From Laetmonice hystrix (lineage: Eukaryota), in NCBI GenBank assembly GCA_965235115.1, contig OZ249448.1, positions 22,320,001 to 22,384,000 on the forward strand: 64,000 nt of DNA, in the 5' to 3' direction. Made by a program: the position numbers and the translations under genes. Shown one piece after another: positions 25,508 through 38,900 of the stretch. The notes beneath the pieces are model-generated. The model ran no database searches. It was not told where the DNA came from and saw only the letters and a list, made by a program, of their open reading frames with translations. The first letter of the stretch is position 1; each line of letters opens with the position of its first letter.

Positions 25508-26308
25508 AATCATTTCCGGTTATTGAACAGTAAACACCTGTGTGATTGTCAGTGTTGTAATCATTCCCGATTATTGAACAGTAACACCTGTGTGATTGTG
25601 ACGTCAGTGTTGTAATCATTTCCGGTTATTGAACAGTAACACCTGTGTGATTGTGACGTCAGTGTTGTAATCATTCCCGATTATTGAACAGTAACACCTG
25701 TGTGATTGTGACGTCAGTGTTGTATAATCATTCCCGGTTATTAAACAGTAACACCTGTGTAATTGTGACGTCAGTGTTGTAATCATTCCCGGTTATTAAA
25801 CAGTAACACCTGTGTGATTGTCAGTTTTGTAATCATTCCCGATTATTGAACAGTAACACCTGTGTGATTGTGACGTCAGTGTTGTATAATCATTCCCGGT
25901 TATTAAACAGTAACACCTGCGTTTCTTTTTAAAAGCAAGGGCATCAGGCGTAACCTAGTTAGCCTACTTTGAGAATGTCCGGAAAGAGAAAAGTTGAATA
26001 GTCGTCTACTGGAATCGAACCCCGGCCCCAAGAGTGATTGTCCGTGTTATAATCATTCCCGGGGTATTGAACAGTAACACCTGTGTGAGTGTCAGTGTTG
26101 TAATCATTCCCGGGGTATTGAACAGTAACACCTGTGTGAGTGTCAGTGTTGTAATCATTCCCGGGGTATTGAACAGTAACACCAGTCCTGTGTGATTGTC
26201 AGTGTTGTAATCATTCCCGGGGTATTGAACAGTAACACCTGTGTGATTGTCAGTGTTGTAATCATTCCCGGGATATTGAACAGTAACACCTGTGTGATTG
26301 TCAGTGTT
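25508..26308. repeat. 50-57-bp minisatellite split by a SINE fragment (25920-26030)
   Basis: Unit aatcattcccggttattgaacagtaacacctgtgtgattg(tgacg)tcagtgttgt. Confidence 0.95.
25920..26030 (-). mobile_element. tRNA-derived SINE fragment, second copy
   Basis: gggcatcagg.gtaacc...gagaaaagttg.atagtc.tctac.ggaatcgaaccc shared with 22701-22830. Confidence 0.62.
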
Positions 26309-26815
26309 TTTATTCCGCAGTATACAGCACTGATGGAATGAATGTCGTGAGAAAATTCTCTGTTATGCCTAGATCCGCATGCAAAATCTAACACTCGTCA
26401 GGTCAATAATCTGAACACTTCGACAACAGCCTGCCTCACCGAAAATACTTCAATCTTCATCAAATCGCACAAAGAGACTTATTTCAATCCCGTTTTTTGA
26501 TTATAATAATTTGGCTGACCTTCTCTGTTGAATATATCTAGTCCTTTTTAAAAATATGCTATCTATATGTTATATGATATATAATATCATTTATAATAAT
26601 TACGTGTTGTTACTTGTTCTTAGACCATTCCACGCTGAGAAGTATACCAGCAGCCTTTGTTTTCATGTAAGTGTTGACGTATGTTGAGTATATATGTCTT
26701 TGATAGGACCGCGTTCTTTATAAATCGATATCGTGTGATAATATGTGTACATGTGGGCACAAGGCCGTGAGGACAGGTGGCCCTTAACTTCATCGTTCGC
26801 TCCTCGTGTCGTTAT

Positions 26816-26965
26816 CTATACGACGTCGTTAGCGATCGGCTTACGATGAACCAGCTCTACATTGGAACGTATGGCTATGGCTGGGTTGGAATCCATTGCC
26901 ATGGTAACGTCATCATATAACCCTGGTTGGCTGTCTGCCTGGGCTCGAATGGAGTTACGAAGTTT
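26816..26965 (-). CDS. ine: SLC6 exon 13 (stop)
   Basis: cag|KLRNSIRAQ...KPIANDVV then TAG. Confidence 0.88.
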   Translation of the reverse strand, partial: KLRNSIRAQADSQPGLYDDVTMAMDSNPAIAIRSNVELVHRKPIANDVV

Positions 26966-29900
26966 CTGCAAGTATAGCAAGACATACCTGTTATTTTTTT
27001 TTAATATATATATTGCATCCCATATGAAAAGATTTCTAGCAGATCGTTGACACAATAACATGTCTGATAAAGACCATTATAATTTTTTAATTTATACCAT
27101 AAAATATTACCCATTTTAGATAAAAACAACTTCTGGATAGAATAAAGTCTCCTCACGACATAAAATGGAGGAAAACGCGTAGACAGGGGGGCAGGGTTCA
27201 TAATGTTCCCCCACAGACCTCCCCACCCCTCAAAACAGGTTTAATACCTATTGGCCATCCCCCTAGAACCCCCTATACCCTAATAAAACCTATACTCACT
27301 CCAAGACAAGAGTTGCCGCGGGCCTCGACCACTGCCTTGATCATGCCGAGTGGGATACAGACCAGTGACATACTGGCCAGTAACCAGCCGATCAACACGC
27401 CCCACCACGGGAACACGTACTTTCCATAAGTGACAGGTTTGTAAGCCACCCAGTTAAACACCATGATGGCCTGCAAAAAAATACACAGAGCGGGTCACAC
27501 CAAATACCTGACCTATATGTTAACATATGGGCATTCAAACACAAAGTCAATGTGATGGAACGTAGACAACTGCCGCCTGAGTACAGATTGGTGACATTGA
27601 CGCGACACATTTCTATGGTAACCTGAACCTATAAATTGATGGACACTACCACCTGGTATAAGGCACGGACGCGGGGCAGCTAAACTTTATTTGTAAGACA
27701 TCCGAGCCTATAGTGTGGTAGGCACGGACGCGGGGCAGCTAAACTTTATTTATATGACATCCGAGCCTATAGTGTGGTAGGTACAGACGCGGGGCAGCTA
27801 AACTTTATTTATAAGACATCCGAGCCTATAGTGTGTTAGGCACGGACGCGGGGCAGCTAAACTTTATTTATAAGACATCCGAGCCTACAGTGTGGCAGGC
27901 ACGGACGCGGGGCAGCTAAACTTTATTTATAAGACATCCGAGCCTATAGTGTGGTAGGCACGGACGCGGGGCAGCTAAACTTTATTTATAAGACATCCGA
28001 GCCTATACAGTGTGGTAGGCACAGACGCGGGGCAGCTAAACTTTATTTATAAGACATCCGAGCCTATACAGTGTGGTAGGCACAGACGCGGGGCAGCTAA
28101 ACTTTATTTATAAGACATCCGAGCCTATACAGTGTGGTAGGCACAGACGCGGGGCAGCTAAACTTTATTTATAAGACATCCGAGCCTATACAGTGTGGTA
28201 GGCACAGACGCGGGGCAGCTAAACTTTATTTATAAGACATCCGAGCCTATAGAGTGTGGTAGGCACAGACGCGGGGCAGCTAAACTTTATTTATAAGACA
28301 TCCGAGCCGGCCTATAGTGTGGTAGGCACAGACGCGGGGCAGCTAAACTTTATTTATAAGACATCCGAGCCGGCCTATAGTGTGGTAGGCACAGACGCGG
28401 GGCAGCTAAACTTTATTTATAAGACATCCGAGCCTATACAGTGTGGTAGGCACAGACGCGGGGCAGCTAAACTTTATTTATAAGACATCCGAGCCGGCCT
28501 ATAGTGTGGTAGGCACAGACGCGGGGCAGCTAAACTTTATTTATAAGACATCCGAGCCTATACAGTGTGGTAGGCACAGACGCGGGGCAGCTAAACTTTA
28601 TTTATAAGACATCCGAGCCGGCCTATAGTGTGGTAGGCACAGACGCGGGGCAGCTAAACTTTATTTATAAGACATCCGAGCCTATAGTGTGGTAGGCACG
28701 GACGCGGGGCAGCTAAACTTTATTTATAAGACATCCGAGCCTATAGTGTGGTAGGCACGGACGCGGGGCAGCTAAACTTTATTTATAAGACATCCGAGCC
28801 TATAGTGTGGTAGGCACAGACGCGGGGCAGCTAAACTTTATTTATAAGACATCCGACCCGGCCTATAGTGTGGTAGGCACGGACGCGGGGCAGCTAAACT
28901 TCATTTATAAGACATCCGACCCGGCCTATAGTGTGGTAGGTACAGACGCGGGGCAGCTAAACTTCATTTATAAGACATTACACATTACATTACAAGACAT
29001 ATAAGTGAATAACAAGTGTGCAGTATGAACCGGGAGGGAGATTTTATCAGAAGAATACCTTTACCAAGATTATAATAAACATAAAGATGACATGTTTTCT
29101 CCTCTCTCTTTTCGTTTACATAATAATGTAACTTCCTTGTAAAATGAGATTCCCGTAAAGAACGTTTGTATCGGTCTGTGAAGCGTTTCTCATAGCGCGT
29201 GTGTGAGTGTGTATGTGGGTAACTTACCAGGATGAGGAGCGGGGAGATGACACACCAACAGATGACAAAGAACAGATAGGGACGGCTACCCGTCATCATC
29301 TCCACGTCCTTGGCCAGTCTCCGGGCTCCTGCTCAGACAGAACTCACTGGATTAAAAGTGATCACGGAGCACGGCTAACACTGACAACACTATTGGGTAT
29401 AGAAGGGCCCGAAAACACCCTACGTTCAAAGGCAGATGCTCAGTCCGTTGCACAACGATCGCTTTCTCTATTATTTAGGGACCTCGTAACAGATTTATTT
29501 AACGTGTCATTTGTCATCAGTTCGGTTAACTGCTCCACAACATTAATGAACTTGATTTGAGGCACTTGTCTGAGGTGTGAAAGTGAAAATTACCATAGAA
29601 CCAGGTGACCGCAATGACCTCAAAGAAAGCGACCAGCATGAGAGATATGCCTGACGAGTAGAAGTCGATGAGTTTGAAGTAATAGATTCCCGCCTGTAAC
29701 CACAACATCGCTCTCCTCATGTAATATCACATTACATTTCGTCAGTAAATAGTTTTACAGTTCCTTAAAAACTCTGCCCACGTACGGCTCTGGTTTTTTT
29801 AAAAATTATTTCGTGTTAATTGGTACAAACTCGTCAAGGAAGCTGTGACAAATATTCAAATTGTTCTCCTGTATGGGGCGGATGTATGCGGAAGACTTGA

Positions 29901-32900
29901 AGGAACGCGTGTCCAGGCCTACCCTTTCTTGGTACAAACTATTAACGTATATATTTTTTAAACTACGGAAGCCTACAAGTACTCTGAGACATCAAGTAGT
30001 AATGTGACCTGCAGACGTGCCCCCCCCCCCCCGGCCGGCGGTCCATGTGTGTATACGTACGTTAGTGATACACGGGAAGCCGAGGAAGTAGGCGATGATA
30101 CAGACAACCAGCACAAACACCTCCCGGCGCCGAAGGTAACGCTTGATCTGAACTCCGAAGTGATCCTCGAATGTCGTCAGCGCTACCTCAACATTCACAA
30201 ACTGTCAAACAAAACAACAAATCTACATGAACACCGGCCACTATACGAGCATCAGCACGCCATTATAATAGCCTCAGCGCGGCATTATACGAGCCTCAGC
30301 ACGGCATTATACGAGCCTCAGCACGCCATTATACCAGCCTCAGCACGGCATTATACGAGCCTCAGCACGGCATTATACGAGCCTCAGCACGGCATTATAC
30401 CAGCCTCAGCACGGCATTATACGAGCCTCAGCACGCCATTATACCAGCCTCAGCGCGGCATTATACGAGCCTCAGCACGCCATTATACGAGCCTCAGCAC
30501 GGCATTATACGAGCCTCAGCACGGCATTATACGAGCCTCAGCACGGCATTATACGAGCCTCAGCACGGCATTATACGAGCCTCAGCATTAAACCAGCCTC
30601 AGCACGCCATTATACCAGCCTCAAAACGCCATTATACCAGCCTCAGCACCGCATTATACGAGCCTCAGCGCGGCACTATACGAGCCTCAGCACGCCATTA
30701 TACGAGCCTCAGCACGCCATTGTACCAGCCTCAGCACGCCATTATACCAGCCTTAGCACCATTAATGATTGGTCCCAACATGGCCAAAACTTACGGTTCT
30801 GGTCCTTCTCCTCAACATGACAAGACAGCATGTTGTTTCCCCAACCATATCTGTACTATTGTATTATATATAATCAGCCGCCTCAGGTCTCCGATCCCTT
30901 ACCTGACTGTCGATGGCGAGGCAGAACAACATGAAGAAGAAGAGGACTGAGAAGATCTGTGCCCACGGAACGTCCATGGAAGAGAAGGCTTCAGGGTAGA
31001 CGATAAAAACCAGGCCAGGTCCTGAACAACATCATATTCAAACAGTATTCAGATAAAGTCTATAAAAACACCATGTTAGACAACATGTCAGACAGTCTCT
31101 ATGTCTCCTCCTTGGCGATTTTTTTTTATTTCAGTAAAGGCCGCCGCACACGACGAACATATTCCCGAACATTTGTTCACGAACAAAAATCCGCTCAGAC
31201 AATTATTGTTCGCGAACAATGGTTCGTCGGTATTCGACATGCAGATATTTAAAGGCCGCCGCACACGACGAACATTTGTGCGCGAACATTTGTTCCCGAA
31301 CAAAAATCCGCTCGTGTGCGGTGATCAAAACGCCGAGCGAACAATTGTTCATCAGTATTTAACATGTTGAATACCGACGAACAATTGTTTGCTCGGTGTT
31401 TTGATCACCGCACACGAGCGGATTTTTGTTCGGGAACAAATGTTCGCGCACAAATGTTCGTCGTGTGCGGCGGCCTTAACAGAAATTTGTGGTTTACCGC
31501 AGACGACGAACATTTGTTCGGAAATATTAAACATGTTGAATACCAACGAACAATTGTTCGTTCGGCGTTTTGATCACCGCACACGAGCGGATTTTTGTTC
31601 GGGAACAAATGTTCGCGCACAAATGTTCGTCGTGTGCGGCGGCCTTAACAGAAATTTGTGGTTTACCGCAGACGACGAACATTTGTTCGGAAATATTAAA
31701 CATGTTGAATACCAACGAACAATTGTTCGTTCGGCGTTTTGATCACCGCACACGAGCGGATTTTTGTTCGGGAACAAATGTTCGCGCACAAATGTTCGTC
31801 GTGTGCGGCGGCCTTAACAGAAATTTGTGGTTTACCGCAGACGACGAACATTTGTTCGGAAATATTAAACATGTTGAATACCAACGAACAATTGTTCGTT
31901 CGGCGTTTTGATCACCGCACACGAGCGGATTTTTGTTCGGGAACAAATGTTCGCGCACAAATGTTCGTCGTGTGCAACGGCCTTTAGGTTTACCACAAAA
32001 TACGAGAAAGAAAGAAATGACCTTGAGCTTACCCTCGGTGACGACCTCGGTGATATTACGACCTTGGTTGAAGGAGATATGACCCAGGATAGAGAAGACA
32101 GCGAATCCAGCCAGGATGGAGGTGGCCGAGTTCAGCAGGCAGATACTCAATACGTCCCTGGAACACACGTCATTACCTAAGCTCTCTCCCAATTTAACAC
32201 GCCAGTATGGCGTCTATTCTATGTGAATATGCGTTGTCTTCAAGATTAATCGTTTCTACTCAAACCACAACCATTACGTCCCCCAAACATCCTGACACAA
32301 GATAACGCAACAACACTCAAAATTGAAAAGAAACTAAATCAACAAAGGTATCTGTTACTGAGTCAATAAGTTACAAATAAAATAGCTTATTGGTGTTTTC
32401 CAAACAGTGACATGTTTTCATAATAATATATGGTCATTCATTTACGTTTTCTACTGATCACAGTGCTTCCATTGCAAGTTTACGGAGGTTTCCCCCACTA
32501 GTTTCTAAGTTTTAGTCTACTTGTTGCTCTTGAGGGGTATTTTGTCATTACTTTATATGGAGAACAGATATTAAGGCGTCTAAAAGGACACTAAAGGAAG
32601 TACGCTATACATTTAGTACTGTAGTGGCTCTGTACTGAATGGTGTTAAATGTTCTTCTTCTATGTCAGATTGAAACCTGGTATAGCATGGGTAAACCTAT
32701 ATAGTGGTATAGCATGGGTAAATCTATAATGGTATAGCATGGGTAAAAGACAAAGTAGCCATGAACAGTTTCCCTATTTGTTCTCCATCCTCATCTCGAG
32801 TCAGCCCCCCTAACATGACATGGACGGAATGAAATATCTGAATGTTTCACATGCCAATCACGTGTTTTGGACTTGTTTCGGTTCAATTTTCAGCCTTCTT

Positions 32901-35900
32901 GCCACGGAGCCTAAGAAATAATCGGTCTCTATAATACGCCATTTTGTTCAGAGAAAATGATAACTATAAGTCCATGTCCATGTTTTAACAACAACTTCAG
33001 CTGTTTAAGTCAATATACCATGACGAAATCTATCTACCCATACCATGTGTGAACTGTCATCGGAAGGGTGACAAACAGCAACAACTGATTTCAGTAAAAA
33101 GTTCATGATATCAGCTCTATACATAAGGGTCAAAATGGGGTGCTGCCATCCAGTGGTGATTCTGAGAACTAAGTGCTAGAAGAGAGAGAGTTCGAAGTGC
33201 CCCCTGGTGACCGGCGTTTACTTTAAGATCTTGTTCTCTCGTTTGTTGTAGCTGGACAGTGCCACCATTGAACCAAACGCGATGCCAATGGAGTTGAAGT
33301 TCTGTGCAGCAGCATTCACCCACACCTGTTGGTAAAGAAGTTGAAAATGGCATCCCATGAAGTCAGCGCAGGCGCCTCACATTCGATACCTAACATTTTA
33401 ATATTTACTAAACTAGAACAAAAAGATCTCTCACTAATTAATGTAATTACAATCCTCAAACTGTTGTTTGTTTGGTTGTTATTTACACTAACATTTACAT
33501 TTAAGGCCGCCGCAGACGACGAACATATTCGCGAACATTTGTTCACGAACAAAAATCCGCTCAGACAATTATTGTTCGCGAACAATTGTTCGTCGGTATT
33601 CGACATGCAGATGTTTAACAGAAATTCGTGGTTTACCGCAGACGACCAACAGTTGTTCGGAAATATTAAACATGTTGTATACCGACGAACAATTGTTTGT
33701 TCGGCGTTTTGATCACCGCACACGAGCGGATTTCTGTTCGTGAACAAAATGTTCGTGAACAAATTCGTCGTCTGCGGCGGCCTTTACCGGTACCCTGTTG
33801 TGGAGTTCGAAAGGTAACAATATTAAGATATCAAAGATGCCTCATCATCTGGGATCAGCGAAATTGGTGGGGGACAAAAACTGAAACTAAACCCGGACAC
33901 AACAGATGCCAGCCAGAATACATATTGACTTCCCGTACCCGGCTCAGTACAGCATCATCATAGATCTGGTCGGGTTGGGATCCCCCCCGTCCCTCCTCCC
34001 CTCCTCCCCTCCTCCCCTCCTCTCCTGATGCATTGCAAACAGTTTGCTTGTAGGCCGAGATCATGGCCATATCAGAAACAAGGTTACGAAGGGTCATGTA
34101 CATATGTCCAGCTAATCCTGAACTCTCCTGAGTAAATATACATAGGGGTGATCTGGAGGGGGAAATCCGTAAATGGGGTATAAGTGTAGGTCTGTATGGA
34201 CGAGTAGCAAAGTAAAGGTCAGGCCTGTAATTTAAGACAATTACAATAATGACAAAGTTATTAAAATTTATATAGTTATTAAAAATGATAAATCCTTTGA
34301 ATGCATAACTTATCTTAGTTAAATACAGGAAATACATGTACTAGGATAAGTTACAGGCGACAGATGGCTAGAGCTGGAGACAGATGGATACATCTGGTAA
34401 AAGGTGGCGAGAGCTGGAGACAGATGGCTAGAGCTGGAATCAGATGGCTAGAGCTGGAATCAGATGGCTAGAGCTGGAGACAGATGGCTAGAGCTGGAAT
34501 CAGATTACTAGAGCTGGAAGCAGATGGCCTAAACCGGAGACAGATATATGGCTAGAACTGGAAGCAGATGGCTATAGCTGGAGACAGATGGCTAGAGCTG
34601 CAATCAGATGGCTAGAGCTGGAGACAGATGGCTAGAGCTGGAATCAGATGGCTATAGCTGGAGACAGATGGCTAGAGCTGCAATCAGATGGCTATAGAGC
34701 TGGAATCAGATGGCTAGAGCTTGAAGCAGATGGTTAGAAGCGGAGACTGATGGCTAGAGCCGGAGACCGACATGGACCGTCCCGAATGTCCAGCCGGTCG
34801 TTGAGTACTAACCGTGGGTTCCTTTAGCAGCTCCCAGCGCGGATTGATGAAGAAATCGACTCCGATGTCGGCGCCCGGCAGGGTAAGGCCTCGTACAAGC
34901 AGAGTTATGATGATAAAATAGGGAAATGTGGCCGTGAAATATACCACCTACAACAGAGACTGACATTAGGCAACTGCATAAGTGTAAGTCCAACTAGGCG
35001 GGCATACACAGACACTAACACAAGGGTTTATTCTAAAAGGCAGCCCCCTGCCCCCCCTCTAGTTTTTTCGATTGTTTTTGGGTCACTCCTTAGTTCACAA
35101 ATTAGGAAAGCATCCCTGTGTACGTACAGGGTTTAGTACAGGTAGAGAAAACCTATCACGATTCAGTTTTGAGACCGAAAGTGTATGGGAAAACCCCCAC
35201 ATATTCAATGAGATTTCTTTTACAGGTATCGCGATGATGAATTCCTCTCCACCTGAAACGGAAACGGCTGTGAAATTATGACCTTAGCAAACGGTTCGAA
35301 ATGAGACTTCCTCCTCTTGGTCAAACTTAGTTTATTTGTATACGACCTGCAAAAGTCTGCCTGAAAGTGAAAACTTATCGCTGGAGTGGCACAGTCATGG
35401 GACCATATTCCCACGTCATTGTCGCAATGTCCATAAAATCTCAATCACGTTAATTAATTTATACTCTCTACATAATGGTTTATCTGAAAACTCCAAGAGT
35501 ATAACTCTGGTTCTACTATAAGCTAGTTCTAGTATGTATTTCAGATAGCCCTCACAAATTTATTCTGAAGCCTTAGGCCTATTTCACTCACTGGAATGCG
35601 ACAAATGTCAGTTGACACTGAGGCTGATATATACTTTCAACTCAAATGTCTAAATGATCGATATCCTCAAATGCTCTTCCAAGGTCAAAATGTAACCCGG
35701 CATGCTTGGGGTGACCTTAGAGACTCGACACCCCTCTCTCTCTCCCCATCCGACCTCTCACTCACTCCCAGAGAGCGGCGGGTTCTGGCGTGACAATCTC
35801 AGACTCTCCATGTTCTTTCAGTCGCCATCCTTCACATCATCCTTTACAAAGTGGGTCCCTTTTAAGGCCTGCTCCATTCTATTATAGAACAGTATTTCAT

Positions 35901-38900
35901 GAAGTTATTATTTTGTATTTTGTTGATTACTGGTAGAACAAAGAAATCTAGGTAACATTCGGATATGGTTACCTTTCCGGTGATCTTGACACCCTTCCAG
36001 AGGCAGAGATAGACGACAATCCAGGCGAGGAGCAGGATGAGTGCGAGTTGCCACCGGATGGTACCTTGGTCTTCCATCCCGTCCGACTGCTGCAGCACCT
36101 CCCGCCTGTAACATACACACAGTCCAGGCCATCAGTCCGACAACACGAATTCATAGAGAAACAATCATTATTGTTTGGCGGTGTTGTTGTTATTGTTGTT
36201 GCCGTTGTTCCGCGCGTACAACTCGTTCCAAACGACATCCTCATTTAGAAATCAGTTTGTAACAAATTCTTAACGCATATTGTTCAAAAAATCAAAAGTG
36301 GCCCAGCGGGAACCTGCATGATTCATTTTTGACTGGAAACAAAACCTAGACAGGCAGATCCATTCGTGTTTTCTGAGACTAGAAACATAATCTAGACAGG
36401 TAGATCCATGCGTGTAGGCCAACAATAGTTCCATACTTCTGCCATAATTTTCTGTATGATAATGGAAACTCAATCCCTTTGTTCTGGAGCCTGGAGCGCA
36501 TGGTAAACTTCAATGCTTCAACGGACCATACCATATTCCTTAGTCACAATCTTTGATAAAAGGATGATGCAAACTTCAAAAGTATGATATGAGCAGTCAT
36601 CTCTTTACCAGTTCGAGCCCAAACGATTTCTCTCTTTGTTACATCCATTAGTGACGGGTTCGGTCGCTAGAGGGCGACGGGAGGTGAGGTAGATGGAGCG
36701 GAAACTTTTCGACAAACATAAATCATCCGAGATCATTGAAGACTAACTGCTGAACTACAACAGGCACATATATTTACCCTCTAACAGGTTTTACTGTATG
36801 CTGTATCCTTCAAGAATAAACGATTGTTTTCAAAAGTTCACCTTTGTTTCCGATTTAGCTCAGTAGTCTAAAACTCTGGCTCGTGACCACATGGCATCAT
36901 ATTCGGGAATCCTCGGCCATATCTTCGAAAGTAGCCTCGGGTGAATTAGGCCCCATTTTGAGCATTGCATCGCGGGTACATTTAGCCGGGACTCTGGCCA
37001 GCATTTCCGTATCACGCCCATTTAGGTAAATTAGGTGATTCATTTTTCTTCTACAAACGTTCCCCTTTATACCAGAAATTTATATTTGCACATACAACGC
37101 CGAAGGTGCAGGTGTCAATAATGCACTACTTCCTGGCTCGATGGGATATGACGGTTCACTCAGTGCCTCGCTGCACAGCTCCATTTGGCCATGTATCTGG
37201 TTGCCAACATGGCCACTAATCCACCCGAGGGTATATTCGAAAGAGACGTCATAATTATGCCCGAGGGAATCACGAATGATGGCATCACTGTCACAGATAC
37301 ATTCGGTTTCGACATGATTCTGAATGTTGGGGGGGGGGGGTCAACCCCCAATCCAAATCGAGAAAAATGTGTAAGATTGTAAGACTTTTTACATCTATAT
37401 GCCGAAAAATATAGCTCAGTTTAACAGCATTACAAGCCAAAGGATTTCACCAACGCGTATTCTGATGCTCTACTTTGACAATGATAACCTTGTTTTCTGC
37501 TTTCTAAGTTTTCTGTCCGTAGAAAATTGTCACAAGACTGACAGTATGGTGCTGAGGAATCTGTTGCCATCGGCCAGTCCCCCTGGTGGCAGGACAAGAA
37601 CTTCCTGTCTGACTGAACTCGAAGGTCATGCAGACGCTGAGTACCCAGGGGCGGGTTGCACTAACGGTCCTACGGGTTAGTACTGAATTTAGGACCAGTC
37701 CTACATTCAACAGGGGCCAGTATCCATAATTTAAATGTAATTCGTCAACTTTTATATCTCAAGAGCTATTCAAACTCAGATAGATATAAAGTGCTTGGGG
37801 TGCATGACACTCAGTAGGACTGGTCCTAAATTCAGTCCTAACCCGTAGGACCGTTAGTGCAACCCGCCCCCGGATCCGTTCAGCCTCAGCTGACCCAACG
37901 TGTCATCGCTTTGTGATTCGATAGCAACTTGATGCTGGTCTGATGCTGTGCAGGATTCAAAGCAGGAGAGAGGAAGTTCGGATGGGGGTACAGGATACGG
38001 GTGCGGGGAAACGGATACTGTCGTCCACTGACCCTGAAGGTTCAAGAGCAATGAAAGACGCGGAGGTTGGGGGATGGGCTGTTGAAAGCACGCAAATACA
38101 TCATTACTTGTTCTGGACCGAACCGAAACATGGCATCTGATGCTTCCACTACTATTTAGGATATTCCACTGCACTGCCAGCTAACCTATGCCCTGGTATC
38201 CGAGACTTTCTGGGTCATTTTTCTCTCCCGCCAAGTCGCCGAGAACACATATGGGCAGATCCTCTCCACTGGGCCAATGCCGAAGGAAAAACACAGGGAA
38301 AAGAGGGGAAATAGGGGAAAGAGGGAAAGGAAGAAAGAAAGAAATCGAGGAAACGAATAGGAATGAAACACAGTACCATGTAGAGCACGGCAGACACAGA
38401 AAGAAACGATGCGAGTATGTGTATACAGCCAGACAATGTCCGACAGACCATGAAAGGAAGGCATTAATTCCTGTATAAATACAGTATCACCAGTAGGACA
38501 CACATGGGTAGACAGTGTTTCGGGTGACATGGCTGTGTGGGGGAGTGGAGGCGTCCTGCCGAGACTATTCCGGTAGTATTCTGAACTCCTTCCTGCATGC
38601 ATCCTCTCAGTTATGGCGGATCGTTCATGGACGTTCATGACGTGACGGGTAAAGAAGTCGCAGTTAGCCCCACAGATAAAGGTTTAACCTCAGCGTGGGC
38701 ATGTTGCCAAACAGCCATCCGGCTTTTAGAAAGGTTCCATGATTGGGGGTGGAGGGGGTGGGGCGGGGTAGTGATCAACGACGCACGTAAATTAACGTCT
38801 TGCCGGCGGTCATAACCCCATAATATCAATTACCTCGGGTCAGAGCCTCACGTACCTGTGTAGTGTTAATTACCTCGGGTCAGAGCCTCACGTACCTGTG

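Noticed and set aside
30004-30950. 195-aa plus-strand ORF with [17 protein letters not shown] repeats
   Set aside because: Antisense to SLC6 exon 9 and running through the 22-bp minisatellite.
31364-31987. Repeated ORFs such as [13 protein letters not shown]
   Set aside because: Products of the 169-bp MITE-derived array; no transposase motifs.
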